Virus record (IMG/VR): IMGVR_UViG_3300033148_006706
Location: 1 to 64,000 of that record
Length of the DNA stretch: 64,000 bases
DNA from: a virus
Direction: 5' to 3' (one strand)
The position numbers were made by a program, and so were the translations under genes. Below the pieces are notes generated by a model. That model saw nothing but the letters and a program-made list of their open reading frames with translations, made no database searches and was not told where the DNA came from. Of the stretch, positions 40,358-50,474 are shown piece after piece (the stretch's first letter is position 1; every line of letters starts with the position of its first letter).

Positions 40358-41911
40358 ATGAGATTTATAACACGAGAGATAAGATCTCTAGCGAAGATTC
40401 ATCCTAGAAGGATTGATGAAGCTTTTCAAGTTCATTCGTTAAAAAAAGCAGCTAAGAATATATTCAGTTATCTAGGTAAAAAGGTAGGTTGGCGAGAACT
40501 TGTTGGTATATCTGAAGATATAATGGTTCCAACATATTATTCGTTAACAGGTATAGGTAATTTTGTAGGATTTGAAGCATATCTTACTTCTGGTGGAAAA
40601 ATAAGATTGGATTTTTCTATTAAAGATGGATCAGGAAAAGTATATTCAGTATCGTGGTTTGAAAAACCTGCTAGAAAAGCAACTAAATATATTAAAATTC
40701 CCCCGCAATTTAACATAGTTGAAGTGTTAGATCATGTAATTGTCGCATTAACTGGTGAATATAGTCAATTGTTTTCAGAATCTATTTCTTTCAGAGAAAG
40801 AGTTAGAAAATTTGATTTTGTAAGAGAGTGGTTGACGAACACTCCAGATAAAGGACGAATCTATAGTGAAATTAAGAGAAGAGGAACCGATTGGGACGGT
40901 TTATTAGTTCAATATTATGAATATCACGAGTCTAAAGGGCAACCGCGTTCTAAAGTGAGCTTAAATAAAGTAACTTTTCAAGTTTATTGTAGTAAAATTT
41001 TCAAGGAGGAGGGGCAAGAAAATTTAAGTAATAGTATACCTCATGTAAATGTTTCGGCTGGGGTAGAAGAACAAGCGGTTAGTAGCGATGTTGAGTCAGA
41101 AAACCTATTCCAAAATGAGCTTTTAGAAAATGAGCATATTGAAAAATTTGAGTATTTAAAATTTCAATTATATAATATTAAAAACGGGGATCCGAATACG
41201 TTATCTTTATATATTTATGGGAGAGGTGGAATTGGAAAAAGCTACTGGGCAAAAAAGATATTAGGCGATTTACCCAATACTTATTATACTAAAGGCAAGA
41301 TAAAAGGATATCAAGGCCTTCTTCAATTGCTCTACGATCATAAAGATAATGAAATATTGATATTAGATGATATAATTAGCAAAGAGGATATGAAAAATAC
41401 CACAATTGAAAACATTTTAAAAGCTGTACTAGATCCAGAACCTCCTAGACGAGTAAAAGTTGAAAGAAGGATACCTAGTTCAGAAATAAGTTCTGCAGAA
41501 GCTCCGATATCAGGTGAAGAGGACATAGTTGATTTTACATCTGAACAAGGAATAATTGTTGAAGATAATTTATATAATTTTGAATTTAATTCAAGAGTAG
41601 TTTTTATTACAAATTATCCTGAAAAACCGCAAGCCTTTGGTGACCGTGTTTTAAGTATATCTATGTTATTTTCTGATACGCAAGTGGCCGATATTATAAA
41701 AAACGTTTTGGATAAAATTGAACCCGTAGATGTAGGAATAGAGAATAAACAATTTATTCTAAATTGGTTGCAAGAAAGATATAGAGGAAGACGTAAATTA
41801 CAACAATTGAGTTTTCGTGTTTTTCAAAAGGTGTTGAGCATATATATGGGTGCTAAACATCTGGGTGGGAATAAATGGCAGAAATGGGCTTTTTATGAAT
41901 TAGCTTCATAA
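40358..41911 (+). CDS. Phage AAA+-type P-loop ATPase with large N-terminal extension
   Basis: YGRGGIGKS, ILILDD, NILKAVLD, VFITN, DR. Confidence 0.8.
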   Translation: MRFITREIRSLAKIHPRRIDEAFQVHSLKKAAKNIFSYLGKKVGWRELVGISEDIMVPTYYSLTGIGNFVGFEAYLTSGGKIRLDFSIKDGSGKVYSVSWFEKPARKATKYIKIPPQFNIVEVLDHVIVALTGEYSQLFSESISFRERVRKFDFVREWLTNTPDKGRIYSEIKRRGTDWDGLLVQYYEYHESKGQPRSKVSLNKVTFQVYCSKIFKEEGQENLSNSIPHVNVSAGVEEQAVSSDVESENLFQNELLENEHIEKFEYLKFQLYNIKNGDPNTLSLYIYGRGGIGKSYWAKKILGDLPNTYYTKGKIKGYQGLLQLLYDHKDNEILILDDIISKEDMKNTTIENILKAVLDPEPPRRVKVERRIPSSEISSAEAPISGEEDIVDFTSEQGIIVEDNLYNFEFNSRVVFITNYPEKPQAFGDRVLSISMLFSDTQVADIIKNVLDKIEPVDVGIENKQFILNWLQERYRGRRKLQQLSFRVFQKVLSIYMGAKHLGGNKWQKWAFYELAS

Positions 41912-41928
41912 AATCAAAGAGAAAAAAA

Positions 41929-42282
41929 GTGAAAAGAAAATTAGAAATTTATATGTATAGTAACAACTGGGTTTTTGATGAACCAGGGGTTTGTGAAAAA
42001 GAACCGTTTGTTATGGGCAGTTCAGAAATTATAACAAATGTAGCAAAGAAAAAAGGTATTAAAAATTTACGAGAGAAAGTTTTGTTACTTATATTTAGCG
42101 ATTCTCCTTTTCAAGGGGCAGATTGTAAATTATTTTGGGATGGTGAATCTTTAAATGGTAATTGGTATGTCAACTCTGAAACAAATGAAAAAGGATGGCT
42201 ATGTCCGGTGTTATTATATTATTTTAATAAAGCACCAGAGAATATTTATTTTTCTGTAGAAGAAAAAATAAATTGTTATTAG
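41929..42282 (+). CDS. DUF6717-like protein
   Basis: WVFD..EPFV.G, FS..PF.G, GNWY, GWLCP.L..YF..AP..IY. Confidence 0.7.
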   Translation: MKRKLEIYMYSNNWVFDEPGVCEKEPFVMGSSEIITNVAKKKGIKNLREKVLLLIFSDSPFQGADCKLFWDGESLNGNWYVNSETNEKGWLCPVLLYYFNKAPENIYFSVEEKINCY

Positions 42283-42301
42283 CAAACAAGGGGATTGATT
42301 G

Positions 42302-43774
42302 ATGATCATTATAAGAAAATTAAATGAATATTTATCAGGATTTGATTATCGTCTTCCTGATGACCCCGAATTGATTTTATACGATTTCTATTTCTTAACT
42401 ACTTACGGGAACGATATAGAAACAAATATGCCTGAGGCGGACTTCGCAATAAAGGAGGCTTCTGATAAAATTGTAGAGAGTCTTCATGCCCACATGTTAA
42501 AGGCAGTAAAATATGCGCTATGTAGTGAAATTAGACATATTTTCGATGGATTAAGAGATATTGAATCTCTTGAAGAATTAGCAAAAATGGATAAAAAAAT
42601 AAATAGATTTGTTAATTCATATTCTAGAAATTATGAATTAAGTACTGGTATTGATCTTACGAATCGAGAACTTCGAGGTGTACTTACAAAAGAAACAGAA
42701 TCAAGCAGACTAGCCTCTTATGAAGCTATTATTGAAACACAAAAAGAATTAAATATGACAAATATGGAATTGGCTAAAATTTTTAGTAGCCTGTTTTTAG
42801 AATTAGATTGGAAACGTGATTACGGGGGAAGAGCTTGGGATATGATAGTTGATGGATATAAAATGCTTCTGAAAGCTAAGAGGAAAAATGAAAAAATCAT
42901 TGCCATCGATCACACTTATGATTTACAGCATAATACTGATACGGTTTTTAATAAACTGCAGATATACTATAAAGATAGCTCTGGATATGGGTGGATTAGA
43001 AGAGCGTTAAATTGGAAAAAGGATGTAGAAGATATTCGTTTTTTTTATGAAAAAGTATCACCTCAACTACGGAGAATAGTAGCTTTTATAGCGTATAATG
43101 TGTACGGACTTACAATGGAAGATAAATCTTATCAGCATAGAGTTTGGACAGGCGGAATTTGGGCGGGGGGAACTTGGAATGATGGAATTTGGAAAAATGG
43201 GATTTGGAAAGATGGAACTTGGAATGACGGGGCTTGGATTAACGGAACCTGGGAGAAAGGAGCCTGGAGAAATGGAATTTGGAAAAATGGAATATGGCAA
43301 AATGGAACCTGGGAGCTTGGAACCTGGGAAAATGGTACTTGGGAATATGGAATTTGGGAAAACGGTACTTGGAAATATGGAACTTGGTTTTACGGAACTT
43401 GGAAAAATGGAACTTGGGAAGACGGGGAATGGAAAGATGGGGTCTGGGAATATGGAGTTTGGAAAAATGGAGTTTGGAAGTATGGAACTTGGTATAATGG
43501 AACCTGGGAAAACGGGACTCGAGAAAGTGGAACATGGCTAGAAGGGGTTTGGAAAAATGGAGTTTGGGAAGATGGTACTTGGTTGTATGGAGTTTGGAAA
43601 GATGGGGTTTGGAATGATGGAATCTGGGAAAATGGGATTTGGGAAGATGGAATTTGGAGAAACGGAGCTTGGGAGGGTGGCAAAATATGGAATCCTAAAA
43701 CAAGAGAATATGAATATAGTAATAAAAACCCATACAAGTGTGAATGGAGTTTAAGCTATAGAAAAGAGCGATAA
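42302..43774 (+). CDS. GxW-repeat protein, family B (DHxYDLQHNT domain)
   Basis: LYDFYFL, YGGRAW, IDHTYDLQHNTDTVFNK, repeat tract, KNPYKCEWSLSY. Confidence 0.9.
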   Translation: MIIIRKLNEYLSGFDYRLPDDPELILYDFYFLTTYGNDIETNMPEADFAIKEASDKIVESLHAHMLKAVKYALCSEIRHIFDGLRDIESLEELAKMDKKINRFVNSYSRNYELSTGIDLTNRELRGVLTKETESSRLASYEAIIETQKELNMTNMELAKIFSSLFLELDWKRDYGGRAWDMIVDGYKMLLKAKRKNEKIIAIDHTYDLQHNTDTVFNKLQIYYKDSSGYGWIRRALNWKKDVEDIRFFYEKVSPQLRRIVAFIAYNVYGLTMEDKSYQHRVWTGGIWAGGTWNDGIWKNGIWKDGTWNDGAWINGTWEKGAWRNGIWKNGIWQNGTWELGTWENGTWEYGIWENGTWKYGTWFYGTWKNGTWEDGEWKDGVWEYGVWKNGVWKYGTWYNGTWENGTRESGTWLEGVWKNGVWEDGTWLYGVWKDGVWNDGIWENGIWEDGIWRNGAWEGGKIWNPKTREYEYSNKNPYKCEWSLSYRKER

Positions 43775-43792
43775 AACAAAGGTCTGTCAGCA

Positions 43793-45343
43793 ATGATTAA
43801 AATAATTCGAGTAAAGCCAAAAATAAAAGAAATCTTCTCAAACTTTGTATACAGAATGCCTGATGATCCTGAGTTGATTTTATACGATTTTTATTTCTTA
43901 ACTACTTACGGAAAAAATATAGAAACAAACATGCCCGAAGCAGATTTTGCGATAAACGAAGCGGTCGAACAGATTATTGAAAATCTTCATGCACACATGT
44001 TAAAGGCTGTAAAATATGCTCTATGCGCTGAGATTCGTCATATTTTTGATTCTACAGCAGCTGAATCATTAAAGCAATTAGTTGAAAAAAACAAGAACAT
44101 TGGAACCTTTATCAAGACATATTATAAAAAATATATCACTTTTACAGAAATAAGTAGAACACCGCTTGATTTCTTACTTGATGATAGATCGGGGGAGGCT
44201 GACAGATTAAGAAACGTTCTTTCTAAAGAGACAGATTCAAAAAGAAAAAGCTCATACAGGGCAGTTACAGAGACACAAAAAGATTTAAAGATAACAAACT
44301 CTGAACTGTCAAAAATATTTGAATACGTATTCTTAAAGCTTGTTTGGCAACCACAATTCGGAGGCCCAGCATGGGCCGATATTGCCAAAGCTTATTATAG
44401 ACTTCTAAGGGCTAAGAGGAAAAACGAAAAAATCATTGCCATTGACCATGCCTATGATTTACAGCATAACACCGATACGGTTTTTAATAAGTTGCAGATA
44501 TACTATAAAGATGGTTATAGTTGGATTAAAGATGCTTTGGATTGGAAAAGAGATGTAAAGGATATTCGATCTTTTTACAATAAAGTTTCTCCTCAATTAA
44601 GGAGAATAGTAGCCTTCATAGCATACAATGTATATGGGCTTACAATGGAGGGAGGAACTCCTCGTTCAGTTGATCAAGATAAAATCTGGACGAGGGGGCT
44701 CTGGAAGGGGGGAACCTGGACAGGAGAAATTTGGAAATATGGAATTTGGGAGAAAGGAACTTGGAAAGGCGGGACTTGGAAAGATGGAATTTGGAAAGAC
44801 GGAACTTGGGAAGATGGAATTTGGAAAGACGGAATTTGGAAAAATGGAACTTGGAAAAATGGAACTTGGAAGGGTGGAACTTGGGAAAGTGGAAGTTGGA
44901 GAAATGGAATTTGGGAAGATGGGATTTGGAAAGAAGGTGATTGGGAAAATGGAACTTGGAAAGATGGATTCTGGATGTACGGATATTGGAAAAATGGTAC
45001 CTGGAAGAGCGGAACTTGGAAAGATGGGATTTGGAAAAGTGGAACCTGGAAAAATGGAACTTGGAGATATGGAACTTGGAAAAGTGGAACTTGGAAAAAT
45101 GGAACCTGGAGGGATGGGATCTGGGAAAATGGAACTTGGGAAGATGGAACTTGGTTTAAAGGGGTTTGGAAAAATGGAACTTGGAAAAATGGAACTTGGG
45201 AAAATGGATTTTGGAAAGATGGGGTTTGGGAAGGCGGAATATGGAAGAGTGGGGAGATATGGAATCCGGAGACAGATGAATATGAATATAGTGATAGAAA
45301 TCCATACGAATGTGAATGGAGTTTAAGTTATAGAAAAGGATAA
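43793..45343 (+). CDS. GxW-repeat protein, family B
   Basis: Paralog. Confidence 0.9.
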   Translation: MIKIIRVKPKIKEIFSNFVYRMPDDPELILYDFYFLTTYGKNIETNMPEADFAINEAVEQIIENLHAHMLKAVKYALCAEIRHIFDSTAAESLKQLVEKNKNIGTFIKTYYKKYITFTEISRTPLDFLLDDRSGEADRLRNVLSKETDSKRKSSYRAVTETQKDLKITNSELSKIFEYVFLKLVWQPQFGGPAWADIAKAYYRLLRAKRKNEKIIAIDHAYDLQHNTDTVFNKLQIYYKDGYSWIKDALDWKRDVKDIRSFYNKVSPQLRRIVAFIAYNVYGLTMEGGTPRSVDQDKIWTRGLWKGGTWTGEIWKYGIWEKGTWKGGTWKDGIWKDGTWEDGIWKDGIWKNGTWKNGTWKGGTWESGSWRNGIWEDGIWKEGDWENGTWKDGFWMYGYWKNGTWKSGTWKDGIWKSGTWKNGTWRYGTWKSGTWKNGTWRDGIWENGTWEDGTWFKGVWKNGTWKNGTWENGFWKDGVWEGGIWKSGEIWNPETDEYEYSDRNPYECEWSLSYRKG

Positions 45344-45380
45344 TTATTATTAGAAAGTTATAAAAAGGGAAGTAATAATA

Positions 45381-47144
45381 ATGATTAAAATAGTTCGAGT
45401 AAAACCGAAAATAAAAGAAATTTTCTCAAACTTTGTATATAGGATGCCTAAAGATCCCGAGTTAATTCTGTACGATTTTTATTTTTTGACTACTTACGGG
45501 AAAGATATAGAAACAAATATGCCTGAGGCTGACTTTGCAATAAAGGAGGCTTCTGATGAAATTGTAGAATCCCTTCATACCCACATGCTAAAGGCAGTAA
45601 AATATGCCCTGTGTGCCGAGATTCGTCATATTTTTGATGCTATAGCAACCGAATCATTGAAACGATTGGTTGGGGAAAACAAGAATATAGGGGCATTTAT
45701 TAAAGTGTACTATAGAAAATATCTTGCCTTTATAGAAATAGGTAAAGTACCGCTTGACTTTTTACTCGATGATAGATCGGAGGAGGCTGGCAGATTAAGA
45801 AACGTTCTCTCTAAAGAAACTGATTTGAAAAGGAAAAGCTCATATAGAGCGATTGCAGAAACGCAAAAAGAGTTGAAGATAACAAATTCGGAACTGTCAA
45901 AAATATTTGAATATTTATTCTTAAATCTTATTTGGTATTCACAATTCGGAGGTTTTGCATGGGCCGATATTGCCGAAGCTTATTATAGACTTTTAAAGGC
46001 TAAGAGGAAAAATGAAAAAATCATTGCTATAGATCATGCCTATGATTTGCAACACAATACCGATATAGTTTTCAATAAATTACGGCTATATTACAAAGAT
46101 GGTTATAGTTGGATTAAAAGAGCACTGGATTGGAAAAAGAATGTGAAGGATATTCGATCTTTTTACAAAAAAGTTTCTCCTCAATTAAAGAGAATAGTAG
46201 CCTTCATAGCATACAATGTATACGGGCTTACAATGGAGGGGGGAACTCCTCGTTCAGTTGATCAAGATAGAATCCGGACAGGAAGATCCTGGGAGGGAGG
46301 AACCTGGACAGGGGGAATCTGGGAAAACGGGACTTGGGAAAAAGGAACCTGGGAAAACGGAACCTGGAAAAACGGAACTTGGAAACTTGGAATCTGGGAA
46401 CTTGGGACTTGGGAAAATGGAACTTGGGAGTCTGGGACTTGGGAATATGGAACCTGGAAAAATGGAGTCTGGAAAGACGGAGATTGGGAAGATGGAATTT
46501 GGAAGGGAGGAATTTGGGAATATGGAACTTGGATGAGTGGAGTCTGGAAATTTGGAACTTGGAAAGACGGAACATGGGAAAATGGGGTTTGGGAAAAAGG
46601 AATTTGGGAAAAAGGAACTTGGAAAAGTGGAGCTTGGAAGAACGGGGTTTGGAAAAATGGAACTTGGAAAGATGGAAGATGGGAAGATGGAATCTGGAAA
46701 GATGGAACTTGGGAAGACGGGGTTTGGAAAAATGGAACTTGGGAAAATGGGACTTGGGAAAATGGAATTTGGTTAGAAGGGATCTGGAAAAATGGAACTT
46801 GGAAAAACGGAACTTGGGAATATGGATTCTGGAAAAATGGGGTTTGGAAAGATGGAACTTGGGAAGATGGAACATGGGGAGAGGGGGTCTGGAAAGAAGG
46901 AATTTGGAAGGGAGGAATTTGGGAATACGGAACTTGGAATAATGGAATTTGGAAATTCGGAACCTGGAATAATGGAATTTGGAATAATGGGATTTGGGAA
47001 GATGGAGTGTGGAAAGATGGGGTTTGGAAAGATGGAGCATGGAAAGGTGGGGAAATATGGAATCCAAAGACAAATGAATATGAATATAGTAATAAAAACC
47101 CATACGAATGTGAGTGGGGTTTAAGTTATAGAAAAGAGCAATAA
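45381..47144 (+). CDS. GxW-repeat protein, family B
   Basis: Paralog. Confidence 0.9.
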   Translation: MIKIVRVKPKIKEIFSNFVYRMPKDPELILYDFYFLTTYGKDIETNMPEADFAIKEASDEIVESLHTHMLKAVKYALCAEIRHIFDAIATESLKRLVGENKNIGAFIKVYYRKYLAFIEIGKVPLDFLLDDRSEEAGRLRNVLSKETDLKRKSSYRAIAETQKELKITNSELSKIFEYLFLNLIWYSQFGGFAWADIAEAYYRLLKAKRKNEKIIAIDHAYDLQHNTDIVFNKLRLYYKDGYSWIKRALDWKKNVKDIRSFYKKVSPQLKRIVAFIAYNVYGLTMEGGTPRSVDQDRIRTGRSWEGGTWTGGIWENGTWEKGTWENGTWKNGTWKLGIWELGTWENGTWESGTWEYGTWKNGVWKDGDWEDGIWKGGIWEYGTWMSGVWKFGTWKDGTWENGVWEKGIWEKGTWKSGAWKNGVWKNGTWKDGRWEDGIWKDGTWEDGVWKNGTWENGTWENGIWLEGIWKNGTWKNGTWEYGFWKNGVWKDGTWEDGTWGEGVWKEGIWKGGIWEYGTWNNGIWKFGTWNNGIWNNGIWEDGVWKDGVWKDGAWKGGEIWNPKTNEYEYSNKNPYECEWGLSYRKEQ

Positions 47145-47162
47145 AATAAGGAGCTATCAGCA

Positions 47163-48953
47163 ATGATTAAAATAATTCAAGTAAAATCAAAAATGAAAGA
47201 AATTTTCTCAAATTTTGTATACAGGATGCCCAAAGATCCTGAGTTAATTTTGTACGATTTTTATTTCTTGACTACTTACGGGAACGATATAGAAACAAAT
47301 ATGCCTGAGGCTGATTTTGCAATAAAAGAGGCTTCTGATGAAATTGTTGAAAATCTTCATGCACACATGCTAAAGGCAGTAAAATATGCCCTGTGTGCCG
47401 AGATTCGTCATATTTTTGATGCTACAGCAATTGAATCATTAAAACAATTGGTTGAGAAAAACAAGAACATTGGGGCTTTTATTAAAATGTACTATAAAAA
47501 ATATCTCACCTTTACAGATGTAGGTAAGGCCCCACTTGATTTTTTACTTGATGATAGATCGGGCGAGGCTGACAGATTAAGAAATGTTCTCTCTAAAGAA
47601 ACCGATTTAAGAAGAAAATGCTCATACAGAGCAGTTACAGAGACACAAAAAGAGTTGAGGATAACAAACTCTGAACTGTCAAAAATATTTGAATACCTAT
47701 TTTTGAATCTTGTCTGGCAATCACAATTCGGTGGTTCAGCATGGGCTGATATTGCCAAATCTTATTATATGCTTTTAAAAGCCAAGAGGAAAAATGAAAA
47801 AATCATCGCTATTGATCATGCTTACGATTTGCAACATAATACCGATACGGTTTTCAATAAATTACAGTTATATTATAAAGACGGTTATAGTTGGATTAGA
47901 AATGCTTTAGATTGGAAAAGGGATGTAGATGATATTCGTTCTTTTTATGAAAAAGTTTCCCCCCAGCTAAGGAGAATAGTGGCATTTATAGCATACAATG
48001 TATATGGGATTACGATGGAGGGGTGGCTTTCCCATTCAGTTGATCAAGATAAAATTTGGACAGGGGGGTCCTGGAAAGGAGGAACTTGGACAGGAGGGAC
48101 TTGGGAAAATGGGACATGGGAAAAAGGAATTTGGGAAAACGGTATTTGGGCGGGTGGAACTTGGGTAAGTGGGGCCTGGAAAGATGGAGTTTGGGAAAGT
48201 GGAACTTGGAAATTCGGAACTTGGACGGATGGGACTTGGGAAAATGGAACTTGGGAAAATGGGATTTGGGAATATGGAACTTGGAAAGATGGAACTTGGA
48301 TATATGGAATTTGGAAAAACGGAACTTGGTTATTTGGAACTTGGTATGACGGGATTTGGAAAAAGGGGGTCTGGATATATGGAACTTGGAAAAATGGAAC
48401 TTGGGAAGATGGAACTTGGAAAAATGGAACCTGGAAAGATGGAACTTGGAGAAATGGAGTCTGGAAAGATGGAACCTGGAAAAATGGAGTCTGGGAACTT
48501 GGAACCTGGAAAGATGGAGTTTGGGAAAGTGGAATTTGGAAATATGGAACTTGGAAGCTTGGAATCTGGGAACTTGGGACTTGGGAAAATGGAATTTGGG
48601 AAGATGGGGATTGGGAAGATGGAACCTGGAAAAATGGAATTTGGAAAGGTGGGGATTGGGAAGATGGAACCTGGAAAGACGGGATCTGGGAACTTGGAAC
48701 TTGGAAAGATGGAGTTTGGAAAAGTGGAACTTGGGAGGATGGAGTTTGGAAAAGTGGAACTTGGGAAAATGGAGCCTGGACAATGGGGACTTGGGAAGAT
48801 GGGATCTGGGAAAATGGAACTTGGAAAGAAGGAACCTGGAAAGACGGGATATGGAAAGGTGGGGGGATATGGAATCCAGAAACAAAAGAATATGAATATA
48901 GTAATAAAAACCCATACGAGTGTGAGTGGAGTTTAAGCTATAGAAAGAGATAA
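47163..48953 (+). CDS. GxW-repeat protein, family B (longest tract, about 53-54 units)
   Basis: Paralog. Confidence 0.9.
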   Translation: MIKIIQVKSKMKEIFSNFVYRMPKDPELILYDFYFLTTYGNDIETNMPEADFAIKEASDEIVENLHAHMLKAVKYALCAEIRHIFDATAIESLKQLVEKNKNIGAFIKMYYKKYLTFTDVGKAPLDFLLDDRSGEADRLRNVLSKETDLRRKCSYRAVTETQKELRITNSELSKIFEYLFLNLVWQSQFGGSAWADIAKSYYMLLKAKRKNEKIIAIDHAYDLQHNTDTVFNKLQLYYKDGYSWIRNALDWKRDVDDIRSFYEKVSPQLRRIVAFIAYNVYGITMEGWLSHSVDQDKIWTGGSWKGGTWTGGTWENGTWEKGIWENGIWAGGTWVSGAWKDGVWESGTWKFGTWTDGTWENGTWENGIWEYGTWKDGTWIYGIWKNGTWLFGTWYDGIWKKGVWIYGTWKNGTWEDGTWKNGTWKDGTWRNGVWKDGTWKNGVWELGTWKDGVWESGIWKYGTWKLGIWELGTWENGIWEDGDWEDGTWKNGIWKGGDWEDGTWKDGIWELGTWKDGVWKSGTWEDGVWKSGTWENGAWTMGTWEDGIWENGTWKEGTWKDGIWKGGGIWNPETKEYEYSNKNPYECEWSLSYRKR

Positions 48954-48991
48954 CAAAATAATAAAATTATAGAAAAAAGGGGTTGCCAGCA

Positions 48992-50425
48992 ATGATTAAA
49001 ATAATTCGAGTAAAACCAAAAATAAAAGAAATTTTCTCAAATTTTGTATACAGGATGCCTGATGATCCTGAGTTAATTCTGTATGATTTCTATTTCTTGA
49101 CTACTTATGGGAAAGATATAGAAACAAACATGCCTGAGGCTGATTTTGCGATAAACGAAGCGGTCGAACAGATTATTGAAAATCTTCATACCCACATGTT
49201 GAAGGCAGTAAAATATGCCTTGTGTGCCGAGATTCGTCATATTTTTGATGCTACAGCAACCGAATCATTAAAACAATTAGTTGAAAAAAATAAGAACATT
49301 AGAACCTTTATCAAGACATATTATAAAAAATATATCACTTTTACAGAAATAAGTAGAACACCGCTTGACTTTTTACTCGATGATAGATCGGGCGGGGCTG
49401 ATAGATTAAGAAACGTTCTTTCTAAAGAAACAGATTCAAAAAGAAAAAGCTCATACAGGGCAATTACAGAGACACAAAAAGAGTTAAAGATAACAAACTT
49501 GGAACTGTCAAAAATATTTGAATACCTATTTTTGAATCTTGTCTGGCAATCACAATTCGGTGGTTCAGCATGGGCTGATATTGCTAAATCTTATTACATG
49601 CTTTTAAAAGCCAAAAGGAAAAATGAAAAAATCATTGCCATTGATCATGCCTATGATTTGCAGCATAATACTGATACGGTTTTTAATAAGTTGCAGATAT
49701 ACTATAAAGATGGTTATAGTTGGATTAGAGATGCTTTGGATTGGAAAAGGGATGTAGAAGATATTCGATTTTTTTACAATAAAGTATCGCCTCAACTACG
49801 GAGAATAGTAGCTTTTATAGCGTACAATGTATATGGGATTACGATGGAGGATAAACTTTATCAACATGGAGTTTGGACAGGGGGAGCTTGGAAAGGTGGA
49901 ATTTGGACAGGAGGGACTTGGAAAAAAGGTACTTGGATATATGGAACATGGGAAAATGGTATTTGGGAAGACGGAACTTGGGAAAGTGGAACTTGGAAAA
50001 ACGGAACTTGGAAAAACGGAACTTGGAAATTCGGAACTTGGGTAGACGGAACTTGGAAAAGAGGTACTTGGGAAAACGGGGTTTGGCAAAATGGAACATG
50101 GAAAGATGGAACTTGGATATATGGAATTTGGAAAAGTGGAATTTGGAAAAATGGATTCTGGGAGGACGGAATTTGGGAACTTGGAACTTGGGAAAATGGA
50201 GATTGGAAGAACGGAACTTGGAGGGATGGGATTTGGAAAGATGGAATTTGGAAAAATGGAATATGGCAAAATGGAACCTGGGAAAAAGGAGTTTGGAAAG
50301 ATGGAGTTTGGAAAGATGGAATTTGGAAAAACGGCAAAATATGGAACTCAGAGACAAGAGAATATGAATATAGTAATAAAAACCCATACGAGTGTGAGTG
50401 GAGTTTAAGTTATGGTAAAAAATAA
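48992..50425 (+). CDS. GxW-repeat protein, family B
   Basis: Paralog; ATG 48992. Confidence 0.9.
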   Translation: MIKIIRVKPKIKEIFSNFVYRMPDDPELILYDFYFLTTYGKDIETNMPEADFAINEAVEQIIENLHTHMLKAVKYALCAEIRHIFDATATESLKQLVEKNKNIRTFIKTYYKKYITFTEISRTPLDFLLDDRSGGADRLRNVLSKETDSKRKSSYRAITETQKELKITNLELSKIFEYLFLNLVWQSQFGGSAWADIAKSYYMLLKAKRKNEKIIAIDHAYDLQHNTDTVFNKLQIYYKDGYSWIRDALDWKRDVEDIRFFYNKVSPQLRRIVAFIAYNVYGITMEDKLYQHGVWTGGAWKGGIWTGGTWKKGTWIYGTWENGIWEDGTWESGTWKNGTWKNGTWKFGTWVDGTWKRGTWENGVWQNGTWKDGTWIYGIWKSGIWKNGFWEDGIWELGTWENGDWKNGTWRDGIWKDGIWKNGIWQNGTWEKGVWKDGVWKDGIWKNGKIWNSETREYEYSNKNPYECEWSLSYGKK

Positions 50426-50474
50426 ACTATTTAAATTTAATATTAAAAAATTATTTGATTAAAAGGTAAAAAAG

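Larger units (their letters stand above)
26610..50340 (+). repeat. Thirteen coding minisatellite tracts of a degenerate 15-bp unit (consensus GGAACTTGGAAAGAT/AAT)
   Basis: Directly visible; encodes G-[TIV]-W-[KE]-[DN]. Confidence 0.95.

Noticed and set aside
26610-50340. CRISPR array interpretation of the periodic DNA
   Set aside because: Units are contiguous, degenerate 15-mers with codon-position variation and no unique spacers; no cas genes.
26563-50408. Many long alternative-frame and antisense ORFs (MELGK..., WNLER..., FHLSK..., QVPSFQ...) over the repeat tracts
   Set aside because: By-products of a 15-bp unit that lacks stops in most frames. They start and end with the tracts, lack RBSs and are broken at random, whereas the GxW frame is continuous with conserved flanking domains.
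26415-50425. Diversity-generating retroelement driving repeat variation
   Set aside because: No reverse transcriptase in the window, no non-coding template repeat, and differences between copies are not confined to adenines. An RT elsewhere in the genome cannot be excluded.
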